A stretch of DNA of 32,000 bases. It comes from Thermoproteota archaeon. Lineage in GTDB: Archaea > Thermoproteota > Nitrososphaeria > Nitrososphaerales > Nitrosopumilaceae. Made by a program: the position numbers and the translations under genes. Position 1 is the stretch's first letter. Each line of letters begins with the position of its first letter. Where the stretch lies: NCBI GenBank assembly GCA_003352285.1, contig QQVN01000003.1:392490-424489 (forward strand), read 5' to 3'. Positions 23,980 to 32,000 of this stretch are shown piece by piece. The notes below the pieces were generated by a model. It saw nothing but the letters and a program-made list of their open reading frames with translations, searched no databases and had not been told where the DNA came from.

Positions 23980-24408
23980 TTGCCAAAAATCACTTTTGAA
24001 AAAATTATCAAAGCTGAAAGAAACAAAGTATTTGATATTGTCTCAAATTATGAAGAATTTCAAAAGACTTTGCCCCAGTATTTTCCTTCAATTCGTGTCC
24101 GGTCTGTAAGAGATAATGTGGCCGTAGTTGAGGAACATCTATCCATTGCAGGTAGAGAACTCGTAATGATGACAAAGCACGTGATAAAATATCCAGAGTT
24201 ACATGAGGTCTTTGTAATTGGGGGTGATGCCAAAGGAAGTCACATAGTTGAAAGGTTCGATTCTGTCCCTGAAGGAACAAAAATTACAGTAACTGCAAAC
24301 ATAAAACTGAGTGGTGCACTGAAAATTGCTGGATTATTTGCTAAAGGAAAAATCAAAAATGGTTTTGTTACAATAATGGATGAATTTGCAAAAATTGCTG
24401 AGAATTAA
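23980..24408 (+). CDS. SRPBCC (START/polyketide-cyclase-like) superfamily protein
   Basis: 142 aa with a TTG start. The N-terminal pattern IKAERNKVFDIVSNYEEFQKTLPQY and the length fit Polyketide_cyc2-type ligand-binding proteins. Confidence 0.65.
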   Translation: MPKITFEKIIKAERNKVFDIVSNYEEFQKTLPQYFPSIRVRSVRDNVAVVEEHLSIAGRELVMMTKHVIKYPELHEVFVIGGDAKGSHIVERFDSVPEGTKITVTANIKLSGALKIAGLFAKGKIKNGFVTIMDEFAKIAEN

Positions 24409-24611
24409 TTTTTAGAATCTTGTTTATCTTTGAAATCTTTTAATTCCTTCTCGCCTTCGATTTTGCCTTTTTCATATTCGCCTTTTGCTTTACCAAAGGT
24501 CTTTGCGAGTTCAGGAATCTTCTTTGCACCAAATATGAAGACTACAGCAATGATAATAATGAATATCCATTCTTGACCTGCAATAAAATTGGCTAAACTG
24601 AGTCCTAGCAT
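24405..24611 (-). CDS. tatA: Twin-arginine translocase subunit TatA/E
   Basis: 68 aa with a single TM helix, then FGAKKIPELAKTFGKAKGEYEKG (amphipathic helix). It lies immediately downstream of tatC. Confidence 0.88.
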   Translation of the reverse strand: MLGLSLANFIAGQEWIFIIIIAVVFIFGAKKIPELAKTFGKAKGEYEKGKIEGEKELKDFKDKQDSKN

Positions 24612-24675
24612 GCTCTATTCCAAATAACTGTAGTTGAGATTTAAATGTTCATTATTCTACATGAGTGAATTCATT

Positions 24676-25482
24676 TCAGATGTGGTTATTTTGTGATCTG
24701 AGTCTTTTCTTTTCTCGTCTTTCAATTAGTACCATGCCTGCAAGATAGAGTCCTATCATAGGTCCTGCAATAAACCACATTGTAACTCCGCTACCATCTG
24801 GAGTTATGGCTGCACCAAAAATAACTATTGCAACTATGGCATATCGTATGTTATTTCGCCAAAATTTTGCATCAGTTATTCCTGATGCTGATACCGCATA
24901 CATGATTAGTGGAAGTTGAAAGGATATACCAAATGCTAATAGAAACTGTAAAACAAATGTAACAAAATCCATTACGTTGAGAAACGTTACTAATCCTGCA
25001 GAATCACCGTACTTGTACAAAAAATCAAGGATGTAAGGAATTACAAAAAGATATGAGAACAAACACCCTGCGATGAATAATGCTAGAGCTGGAACAAAAA
25101 TTGAACGGCTAATGTGAATTTCATTTTCCTTTAGTGCAGGTTTTAGAAAACCAACTGCTTCTTTGATTATAACTGGCATGCTAACAACAATTCCAACTAG
25201 AGCTGCAATGTATACTTGAGCAAAAAAGGCTTGACCTGGTGCTGTTTGAATTAATTGAACGCCTTCGGGAACCAAATTAATTTTCATATAGTTTGTTAGC
25301 TGTGCTGCAATGTTGTTTAACGGCTCAGGTGTAGGATAAAAAAACTCAATTCCTTCAAAACTAAATGGTTCTGCATGAAATGTTATCATAAAAGCACTAA
25401 TTGCAACAATAACAATAACAATTCGTAAAATGCGTTTTCTTAATTCTTCTAGATGTTTACTTAGTTCTTGAAATTCTGACAT
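24676..25482 (-). CDS. tatC: Twin-arginine translocase subunit TatC
   Basis: 268 aa. It begins with HLEELRKRILRIVI and has six hydrophobic helices in the TatC arrangement. Confidence 0.9.
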   Translation of the reverse strand: MSEFQELSKHLEELRKRILRIVIVIVAISAFMITFHAEPFSFEGIEFFYPTPEPLNNIAAQLTNYMKINLVPEGVQLIQTAPGQAFFAQVYIAALVGIVVSMPVIIKEAVGFLKPALKENEIHISRSIFVPALALFIAGCLFSYLFVIPYILDFLYKYGDSAGLVTFLNVMDFVTFVLQFLLAFGISFQLPLIMYAVSASGITDAKFWRNNIRYAIVAIVIFGAAITPDGSGVTMWFIAGPMIGLYLAGMVLIERREKKRLRSQNNHI

Positions 25483-25515
25483 CTGAGATCTTTCATTACA
25501 CAGACTATAATTTAT

Positions 25516-25980
25516 CTACTTGCCAGGAATTGGGAGTAATTTTGCATCAGGCAGTCCGCCCTCTTTTTGTTCTTCGGGAGTAATGTCTTGAAACTCCAAC
25601 GTAATAGTGGCTTTGGTCTTAAATTTACTCTCCATCTCTTTTGCTAAAGAGGCAATATCCTTTGGAGCATAGATTTCCTTTGATTCTTTTAGGATTATTC
25701 TTTCTCCCTTTTCAACCTCTTTTCCTCCAAATTTTCCTTTTAGAAAACTGGTAATTGATGGAAGCTCCTTTCTGTCGATGTTGTTGTAATAATATGAAAT
25801 CCCCTTGATTGGTGTGTAGTCATATGGGGTTCCGTTTCTATACATGAACACTCCAATAAAATTTGCATTCTCTTCTGGTTCACGAACACATTTCATATCC
25901 CAATTTAGCAACTTATCTTGGTTATAGCTAAATTTCTCTACTTCATCTGGAGTTAATTTCCAATATCTTGCTCTGCCCAT
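25516..25980 (-). CDS. Hypothetical protein (154 aa)
   Basis: ATG ORF with non-repetitive composition. No motif recognised. Confidence 0.55.
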   Translation of the reverse strand: MGRARYWKLTPDEVEKFSYNQDKLLNWDMKCVREPEENANFIGVFMYRNGTPYDYTPIKGISYYYNNIDRKELPSITSFLKGKFGGKEVEKGERIILKESKEIYAPKDIASLAKEMESKFKTKATITLEFQDITPEEQKEGGLPDAKLLPIPGK

Positions 25981-26080
25981 TTAATTTTTTTAAATCTGAC
26001 CGAATATAAATTCCAACCCTAGTGCTAATCACAAAATTGGGGTGTTAATCCCTTTTATTTGATTAAGAAGATCATAAATT

Positions 26081-26236
26081 ATGGGAATTCGAGCTACAAT
26101 AGTTATAGATGAATCAAACATGGAAAAATTGCGTAATTTGCAATCAAAGATGATTCGAACATCTACAAAATCAATCAGTTTTTCAAATGTTGTAAATCAA
26201 GTGATAGAAGAAGGCTTGAAGCGTTTCAAACCCTAA
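26081..26236 (+). CDS. Ribbon-helix-helix (CopG/Arc-like) small DNA-binding protein, not in the ORF track
   Basis: My translation is MGIRATIVIDESNMEKLRNLQSKMIRTSTKSISFSNVVNQVIEEGLKRFKP (51 aa). It shows a beta-strand (RATIVID), helix 1, and then SFSNVVNQVIEEGL as helix 2. This is the standard RHH layout. Confidence 0.5.
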   Translation: MGIRATIVIDESNMEKLRNLQSKMIRTSTKSISFSNVVNQVIEEGLKRFKP

Positions 26237-26298
26237 GTTTTCATATTTAGTACAATAATCGGGGAACAGTTTATCTCTGAGCTAGTATTTTGTAAGAT

Positions 26299-26721
26299 AT
26301 GGCACAAACTGGAAACCAACCAACTGATTGGGAAAAACTTTGGAAACAATACACTCAATCATTAGATAACTGGAAACAAATGTTTGATTCATTTCAAAAA
26401 GCCAATTCTGAGATGCAAAAAAACTTTAACCAGGTTATGGAAAAGGCATTCTCTGAATCTTCCCCAGATACTGTTAAACAATTTGGAGAAAATTGGCAAA
26501 AAGCACTAAATCAAGCTGGAGTTGACGCATTCAAACAATTTGGAGAAAGTTTTCAAAAATCTATGACAGAAGCTAATGTTGAAGCCTGGAAACAATTTGC
26601 AGAAAACTGGCAAAAAAACTATAGCGAATCTGGAATGGATCAGATGAAAGCATATGGCGAAATGATGAAAAAATTCGCTGAAACTTGGGATTTTATGTGG
26701 CCACAAAAAACCAAAAAATAA
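26299..26721 (+). CDS. W/Q/K-rich helical repeat protein (19-aa periodicity); function unknown
   Basis: 140 aa. Repeats: KQFGENWQKALNQAGVDAF / KQFGESFQKSMTEANVEAW / KQFAENWQKNYSESGMDQM / KAYGEMMKKFAETWDFMW. No signal peptide. Confidence 0.7.
   Translation: MAQTGNQPTDWEKLWKQYTQSLDNWKQMFDSFQKANSEMQKNFNQVMEKAFSESSPDTVKQFGENWQKALNQAGVDAFKQFGESFQKSMTEANVEAWKQFAENWQKNYSESGMDQMKAYGEMMKKFAETWDFMWPQKTKK
26476..26646 (+). repeat. Three tandem 57-bp coding repeats
   Basis: AAACAATTTGGAGAAAATTGGCAAAAAGC starts at 26476, AAACAATTTGGAGAAAGTTTTCAAAAATC at 26533, and AAACAATTTGCAGAAAACTGGCAAAAAAAC at 26590. The period is exactly 57 nt. A degenerate fourth unit follows. Confidence 0.8.
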
Positions 26722-26789
26722 CCAAGGCTACATTCTCAATTTTATTAATTTAAGATAAACATATTATCTTTTGATAATCATGAAATTTT

Positions 26790-27047
26790 ATGGCAGAATA
26801 TATTGTTCATGTAATAATTGAAAACAAACCTGGAATCAGTGATCCTGAAGGGGATACCATCCTAAATGACCTGATATTAAAAGGAAGTTTTTCAAATGTA
26901 ACAAAGGTGCGTTCTGCACAGATGCTAAAGTTTACCATAAAGGCAAAGGACAAAAATACTGCAAAGTCTCAGGTTCAAAAAATTTGTGATGACCTTAGAA
27001 TTTACAATCCAATGGTCAGCAAAATCTCTTTGAATATAGAATCATAG
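26790..27047 (+). CDS. purS: Phosphoribosylformylglycinamidine synthase subunit PurS
   Basis: 85 aa. KPGISDPEGDTILNDL is the PurS hallmark. It lies upstream of purQ and purL. Confidence 0.9.
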   Translation: MAEYIVHVIIENKPGISDPEGDTILNDLILKGSFSNVTKVRSAQMLKFTIKAKDKNTAKSQVQKICDDLRIYNPMVSKISLNIES

Positions 27048-27061
27048 GTACTATCATTTTC

Positions 27062-27099
27062 AGGATGCGATCATAACAATCATCCTAAATCAAATTTTT
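27062..27099 (+). terminator. Hairpin plus T5 run in the purS-purQ spacer (possible terminator/attenuator)
   Basis: AGGATGcgAT-cataaca-ATCATCCT (27062-27086) forms 8 bp with a 2-nt bulge. A TTTTT run follows at 27095-27099, all within a 92-nt spacer. Confidence 0.25.
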
Positions 27100-27139
27100 C
27101 TGGATTGAGATTAAATAACCAAAGAATCTACTCCAATAT

Positions 27140-27820
27140 GTGAAGGTCGGAGTCATAGTCTTCCCTGGAAGTAATTGTGATCGAGACATGTTTCATGTCT
27201 TAACTGATGTCTTCAATCTAAAGGCACAGTACTTTTGGCATGAAAAAGGATTGCCCAAAGATCTTGATGCCATAGTTCTACCTGGTGGATTCTCATATGG
27301 TGATAGATTACGTGCGGGAGTAATTGCAGCTCATAGTCCAGTCATCAAAGATGTAAAAAAGATGGCTGAAAAAGGAACTCCTGTTTTGGGTGTTTGTAAT
27401 GGATTTCAAGTTCTAGTTGAATCTGGATTGCTACCTGGTGTTCTCTTGAAAAACAATTCGCTAAATTTTATGTGTCAATGGACAAATCTTATTGTTGAGA
27501 ATAACACTACGCCATTTACAAACAAGCTAAAACTTCATCAAAAGATTCCAATCCCAATTGCAAATGGAGAGGGACGATACTATGTTGATGAATCAACATT
27601 AAAACAATTAAAGAAAAAAAATCAAATTGTATTTAGATATGAGGAGACCGTTAATGGCTCCCTTGATAAGATTGCCGGAGTTTGCAATGAAGATGGAAAT
27701 GTTGTTGGAATGATGCCTCATCCTGAGCGGGCAACAGAACCTGAAATTAATCCAATTGATCACAAGCCTTCCTCATTGATCTTTGAATCCCTAATTCAGA
27801 AAATTGGTGTTAAAAATTGA
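27140..27820 (+). CDS. purQ: Phosphoribosylformylglycinamidine synthase, glutaminase subunit PurQ
   Basis: GTG start. It has the type-1 glutamine amidotransferase nucleophile elbow GVCNGFQ and the catalytic His/Glu region MMPHPERA. Confidence 0.93.
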   Translation: MKVGVIVFPGSNCDRDMFHVLTDVFNLKAQYFWHEKGLPKDLDAIVLPGGFSYGDRLRAGVIAAHSPVIKDVKKMAEKGTPVLGVCNGFQVLVESGLLPGVLLKNNSLNFMCQWTNLIVENNTTPFTNKLKLHQKIPIPIANGEGRYYVDESTLKQLKKKNQIVFRYEETVNGSLDKIAGVCNEDGNVVGMMPHPERATEPEINPIDHKPSSLIFESLIQKIGVKN

Positions 27821-29979
27821 GCCTAGAAGAGCAAGAATTAGCTCATTTGAAATACAAAATCAAAAGAAATCCCACTCCAACTGAAATTCAAATAGTTGCA
27901 GCTGAATGGTCTGAGCATTGTTCCTACAAATCCTCAAAGAAACATCTCAAAATGCTTCCCATGACAGGGCCTCTTGTAATCTCTGAAAAAGGATATGATT
28001 CTGGGGTTTTAGATGTGGGTGATGGATATGTGGTGACAGTTCACATTGAGAGTCATAATCATCCTTCTGCAGTTGAGCCATATGGCGGTGCAGCAACCGG
28101 CGTTGGTGGCGTAATACGTGATATTCTCTCTGCAGGAACAAGACCGATAGCAATTTTTGATGGATTACGATTTGGAAACATCCAAAAAGATCAGCAAGCT
28201 AGATGGCTTTTCAAAAACGCAGTGTCTGGAATTGCAGATTATGGAAATTGTTTGGGAATTCCAACTATTGGTGGAGAAGTTGAATTTGATGACTGTTATG
28301 AAAACTATGCACTTGTCGATGTTGCAGCAATTGGATTTGGAAAAAAAGAACGATTAATCAAAAATCATGCAAACGTTGGTGATGTAGTTGTACTGCTTGG
28401 TGGTTCCACTGGTCGTGATGGAATAGGCGGCTCTCAGTTTGCATCTGATTCATTAGAAACTGAAGATCGTTCTGCAGTTCAAATTCCTGATCCTTTTATT
28501 GAAAAATTAATCATTGAAGCAATCTTAGAAGCACGTGATGCAAAACTAATTCATGCCATGAAAGATCTTGGCGGTGGTGGATTATCCTGTGCAATTTCTG
28601 AAACAGCTGATACACTTTCAATTGGAATTGAATTGGATGTAAATACCATACACACACGGGAACCTGGAATGCATCCAAATGAAATTATGACTTCAGAATC
28701 TCAGGAAAGAATGCTAATAATAACATCAAAATCAAAATTAAAAAAACTACAAGACATTTGCAAAAAGTTTTCCATAAAGTGCTCAATGATTGGTGTTGTC
28801 AAATCAAATAAAATGATGCACGTAAAAAAAGGAAAAAAGACATTTGCAAATTTACCTACTGCAATTGTGGCAAATGCACCATTATTAGACAGATCTTCAA
28901 AAAAACCACGTTATCTTGAAAAAATAAAAAGCGATGAGAAGATCAAAACTCCTTCTAACCTTTCTTCAGTATTGCTAAAATTAATTGGATGCCCAAACAT
29001 TGCATCAAGACATTGGGTCTATGGTCAGTATGATCATGAAGTAGGAATACGAACTGTTACTAAACCTGGTCGTGACGCATCTGTTCTCAGACTGGATAAT
29101 GGAAAATTCCTTTCCGCAAAAATCGATGGTAATCCAAAACATTGTTACCTTGACCCAAGAGAGGGTGCAATTGGATGCTTTGAGGAAGCATGCAGAAACG
29201 TTGTCTGTACTGGGGCAACTCCAATAGGGATGGTTGATCACTTGCAATTTGGAAATCCTGAAGACCCAGAAATATTTTGGACATTTTTAGAATCTCTTAA
29301 AGGATTAACAGACTTTGCAAAAGAATTCAAAATACCTTGTGTTGGCGGAAAGGTTAGCTTTTACAATGAGACTCCAAAAGGACCAATCAAACCCACTCCA
29401 TTAATTGGTGTTCTTGGGTTAATTGAGAAAAAAAATCCTCAACAAGAAAAGATCTCTGAAAATGATGTTTTGATAATTATCGGTAATACAAAAAATGAGT
29501 TGGGCGGTTCTGAGTATTATGAGTACGTTCACAACTTTATTGGCGGAAAATGTCCAGCAGTTGACTTCCAATCCTCAAAACAAAATATGCAGTTTGTACT
29601 AGATGCAATTAAGAAAAATCTAGTCAAGCATGCTCATGATTGTTCTAAGGGTGGTTTGGCAATTGCGATCTCTGAACTATGTATCTGGAATGACATCGGG
29701 TGTAATGTATCAATTAACGAAATACCCTCTGAAAAAATGGCTGATGATAGAATTCTTTTCTCAGAGTCGCACTCTAGGTATCTACTTGTTTTAGACCAAA
29801 AAAATCTAAAAGAGATTGAAAATCTTCTCAAAAAATCAAAGATTCCATTTGGAATTATTGGTAAATTCAAGGGCGATCAGATAGTCTTTGAAAAAAATAA
29901 GAGCGCTATCAACCTAAGAGTTGATAAGGCACAAAAAACTTGGATGAATTCATTGAGGGAGATAATTTTACATGCCTAA
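27817..29979 (+). CDS. purL: Phosphoribosylformylglycinamidine synthase subunit PurL (small PurL)
   Basis: 720 aa. The TTG start overlaps the purQ stop (TTGA, 27817-27820). PurM-superfamily motifs are EHCSYK, ESHNHPSAVEPYGGAATGVGGVIRD and DLGGGGLSCA. Confidence 0.95.
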   Translation: MSLEEQELAHLKYKIKRNPTPTEIQIVAAEWSEHCSYKSSKKHLKMLPMTGPLVISEKGYDSGVLDVGDGYVVTVHIESHNHPSAVEPYGGAATGVGGVIRDILSAGTRPIAIFDGLRFGNIQKDQQARWLFKNAVSGIADYGNCLGIPTIGGEVEFDDCYENYALVDVAAIGFGKKERLIKNHANVGDVVVLLGGSTGRDGIGGSQFASDSLETEDRSAVQIPDPFIEKLIIEAILEARDAKLIHAMKDLGGGGLSCAISETADTLSIGIELDVNTIHTREPGMHPNEIMTSESQERMLIITSKSKLKKLQDICKKFSIKCSMIGVVKSNKMMHVKKGKKTFANLPTAIVANAPLLDRSSKKPRYLEKIKSDEKIKTPSNLSSVLLKLIGCPNIASRHWVYGQYDHEVGIRTVTKPGRDASVLRLDNGKFLSAKIDGNPKHCYLDPREGAIGCFEEACRNVVCTGATPIGMVDHLQFGNPEDPEIFWTFLESLKGLTDFAKEFKIPCVGGKVSFYNETPKGPIKPTPLIGVLGLIEKKNPQQEKISENDVLIIIGNTKNELGGSEYYEYVHNFIGGKCPAVDFQSSKQNMQFVLDAIKKNLVKHAHDCSKGGLAIAISELCIWNDIGCNVSINEIPSEKMADDRILFSESHSRYLLVLDQKNLKEIENLLKKSKIPFGIIGKFKGDQIVFEKNKSAINLRVDKAQKTWMNSLREIILHA

Positions 29980-31411
29980 AGTAAAAGAAAACTGCGGAGT
30001 AATTGGAATATTCAGTTTAGAAGGTGTAAATGTAATCCCAATGGCAATTGATGCACTACGGGCATTACAGCATAGAGGACAAGAAGCCTGGGGCATTGCA
30101 ATTCCAAATAAAACGCCACTCAAAAAATTAGGATTGGTATCAAACTCCTCCTCTGACTTTAAAAAAATTGCAGAAGAATATTCATCACCTTGTGTGATTG
30201 GCCATGTACGTTACTCTACAATTGGAAGAAGTAACTTGGATAATGCCCAGCCTCTAAAGGTAAAGGATCTCTGTGTTGCACATAATGGAACCATCGCAAA
30301 TGTTCAAGAATTATCAAACATGGTTGGTGGCTGTTCTTTTACTCCTCAAAATGCAAGTGATACGCTTGTTGCTGCACAACGCCTAGTCTCATTAATCTCA
30401 GAAAAAGGAAAGATTGGTCCTGCCTTATCGATATTAAAAAATGAAATGATTGGCTCGTATTGTTTTACTTTTCTATCCGATGATCATTCAGTTTATGCAG
30501 CAAGAGATCCAAAGGGATTTCGACCAATGGTATTAGGCCATAAAGAAGACAGCAATACATACATTGTAGCATCTGAATCTTCAGCACTATCTGCAATTGG
30601 TGCAAGACTTGAGCGTGATGTTAAGCCTGGTGAATTAATCAAGCTTAGCAAAGATGGTATTGAAAATGAAATGTTTTCTAATGATAATAAAAGGGCTCAC
30701 TGTTCTTTTGAATTTACATATTTCGCACATCCATCAAGCAACATGGAAGGCGCAAACATCTACGTTGCAAGAAAAAATATTGGTAAATTCCTTGCAAAAA
30801 AATTCCCTATAAAAGATGCAGACTTGGTCATTCCAGTTCCAGATTCTGCAAGGCCTGCTGCATTGGGCTTTGCACAAGAATTGGGAGTGCCTTTTGATGA
30901 AGGACTCTTAAAAGATCGTTACAGCAAAAAAGGTCCACTACGAAGTTTCATCGAACCTCACCAAAGCGACAGAATAGAAATTAATCGCTGGATTATTCCA
31001 ATTCGTGAAATAATTGAGGGCAAACATGTTGTTGTAGTTGATGATAGTTTAGTTCGTGGTACTAGCTCAAAAGCCATTATCAAAGCATTAAGACGTGCAG
31101 GAGCTAAGAAAATAAGCATGGTGATTACGTATCCTCCAATTCGTTTCCCATGTTATGCAGGAATTGACTTTCCATCTAGAGATGAGCTTGCAACATTTGT
31201 TGAGGGAGAAAATGTCTCTGAAGAAAAAATCATTGAAAAAGTTCGTTCTGATATTGGTGCAGACTTTCTTGGGTACAATGATGCAGAAAACCTTGCAGAA
31301 GCAGTAGGTATTGAAAAGGATTCAATGTGTTTTACTTGTTCAACTGGTAATTATGACTCACTAGGTATACAACCAGAATTTAAAACTAGAATTGAGATGA
31401 AAGGTGAATAA
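29972..31411 (+). CDS. purF: Amidophosphoribosyltransferase PurF
   Basis: MPKVKEN-CGVIGIF is a propeptide followed by the N-terminal nucleophile Cys. The PRTase motif is VVVVDDSLVRGTS. Cysteines CSFEF...CYAG...CFTC are consistent with the 4Fe-4S class. The start overlaps purL by 8 nt. Confidence 0.95.
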   Translation: MPKVKENCGVIGIFSLEGVNVIPMAIDALRALQHRGQEAWGIAIPNKTPLKKLGLVSNSSSDFKKIAEEYSSPCVIGHVRYSTIGRSNLDNAQPLKVKDLCVAHNGTIANVQELSNMVGGCSFTPQNASDTLVAAQRLVSLISEKGKIGPALSILKNEMIGSYCFTFLSDDHSVYAARDPKGFRPMVLGHKEDSNTYIVASESSALSAIGARLERDVKPGELIKLSKDGIENEMFSNDNKRAHCSFEFTYFAHPSSNMEGANIYVARKNIGKFLAKKFPIKDADLVIPVPDSARPAALGFAQELGVPFDEGLLKDRYSKKGPLRSFIEPHQSDRIEINRWIIPIREIIEGKHVVVVDDSLVRGTSSKAIIKALRRAGAKKISMVITYPPIRFPCYAGIDFPSRDELATFVEGENVSEEKIIEKVRSDIGADFLGYNDAENLAEAVGIEKDSMCFTCSTGNYDSLGIQPEFKTRIEMKGE

Positions 31412-31658
31412 AATGGAGACCGCATATGTTCTAGTAAAAAGTTCAATGGCTCATGAGATGGAAGTTATGAATGCAATTTTACGCATTGATGCTGTAAAAG
31501 AAGCACAAGGAACATTTGGAGTTTACGATATCTTTGTAAAGATTCAGGCCAACTCTTCAAAAGAGATTGAAGATGTTATAACAAAACAAATTCGTAGAAT
31601 CCCAAATGTACTGTCTACTACAACCCTTTCTGTCATTCCTGAGCAAGGCGGAAAATAA
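31404..31658 (+). CDS. Stand-alone Lrp/AsnC-type RAM (ligand-binding) domain protein
   Basis: About 81-84 aa. AYVLVKSSMAHEMEVMNAILRIDAVKEAQGTFGVYDIFVKIQANSSKEIEDVITKQIRRIPNVLSTTTLSVI follows the beta-alpha-beta-beta-alpha-beta RAM pattern with no HTH. GTG 31404 overlaps the purF stop (31409-31411). The alternative ATG 31413 begins 1 nt after it. Confidence 0.75.
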   Translation: MNKMETAYVLVKSSMAHEMEVMNAILRIDAVKEAQGTFGVYDIFVKIQANSSKEIEDVITKQIRRIPNVLSTTTLSVIPEQGGK

Positions 31659-31667
31659 TATTCTAGT

Positions 31668-31976
31668 TTGAATCCATTATTCCAACTCAGTACAAGAAAT
31701 TATGATAAAGAATTAGAACTTGTTAGAAAAGCAATGCAAGAACTAGAAACAACTTGTAATGTAAAAAATGGTTTTGAAATCTTTCCTCCTTCAAACATGG
31801 CAGGTTGGACATTTTTTAATTTGCAATTATCTCCTGAATTATTATCTGTCATAGAAACATCTGGGATGATGGAAGGTGCTTTAGGGTTTAGAATTGGTGA
31901 ACAAGTTAAAAATTTTGTAGGACATTATCTTGAATCAAAAGGTAGTCAAGTTAGGATTAAACAAATCAATTATTGA
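31668..31976 (+). CDS. Hypothetical protein (102 aa)
   Basis: TTG-initiated ORF 9 nt after the RAM-domain gene. No motif recognised. Confidence 0.4.
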   Translation: MNPLFQLSTRNYDKELELVRKAMQELETTCNVKNGFEIFPPSNMAGWTFFNLQLSPELLSVIETSGMMEGALGFRIGEQVKNFVGHYLESKGSQVRIKQINY

Positions 31977-32000
31977 TAAAAAATTTTTTTAAATATGAAT

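Noticed and set aside
24008-29870. ORFs 24008-24280 (-), 26506-26706 (-), 27947-28153 (-), 28157-28357 (+), 29005-29247 (-), 29087-29284 (-) and 29634-29870 (-)
   Set aside because: All lie inside the SRPBCC, repeat-protein or purL genes, in other frames or strands. purL in particular is unambiguous.

Overview
This window is an AT-rich, tightly packed archaeal chromosome segment. I call about 42 protein-coding genes. I found no rRNA, tRNA, CRISPR array, transposase or integrase.

The gene content points to a marine ammonia-oxidising thaumarchaeon (Nitrosopumilus-like). Supporting features are aEF-2 with the diphthamide-His loop, aIF-1A, archaeal-type PurP, a purS-purQ-purL-purF cluster, TatA/TatC, UbiX, TATA boxes about 26 nt upstream of start codons, and frequent TTG/GTG starts. 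The lineage call is an inference from memory of these families, not a search result.

Most of the window (about 9.8-32 kb) is ordinary core genome. The interesting part is a visibly more AT-rich block of about 7.7 kb (about 2.0-9.8 kb) between aEF-2 and an aRF1-like gene. It carries three nuclease-type defence genes:
- a protein with an RNxxxH HEPN motif
- an Mrr type IV restriction enzyme
- an OLD/PARIS-like ABC-ATPase-Toprim nuclease

The block also holds uncharacterised partners: a 78-aa ORF, a Cys-rich membrane peptide, an HTH protein, and an exported-TPR/3-TM/coiled-coil protein. The last is transcribed divergently from the OLD gene. That OLD/TPR-membrane pair is my best candidate for an undescribed system.

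Secondary points of interest:
- an aRF1-like paralogue that keeps GGQ but lacks the NIKS and YxCxxxF decoding motifs
- a 330-nt gene-free gap with nested helices, possibly an ncRNA
- an unannotated RHH ORF
- a stand-alone RAM-domain gene coupled to purF
- four convergent gene pairs that share overlapping stop codons

All functional calls rest on motifs and colinearity read by eye. No database search, HMM or folding program was run.
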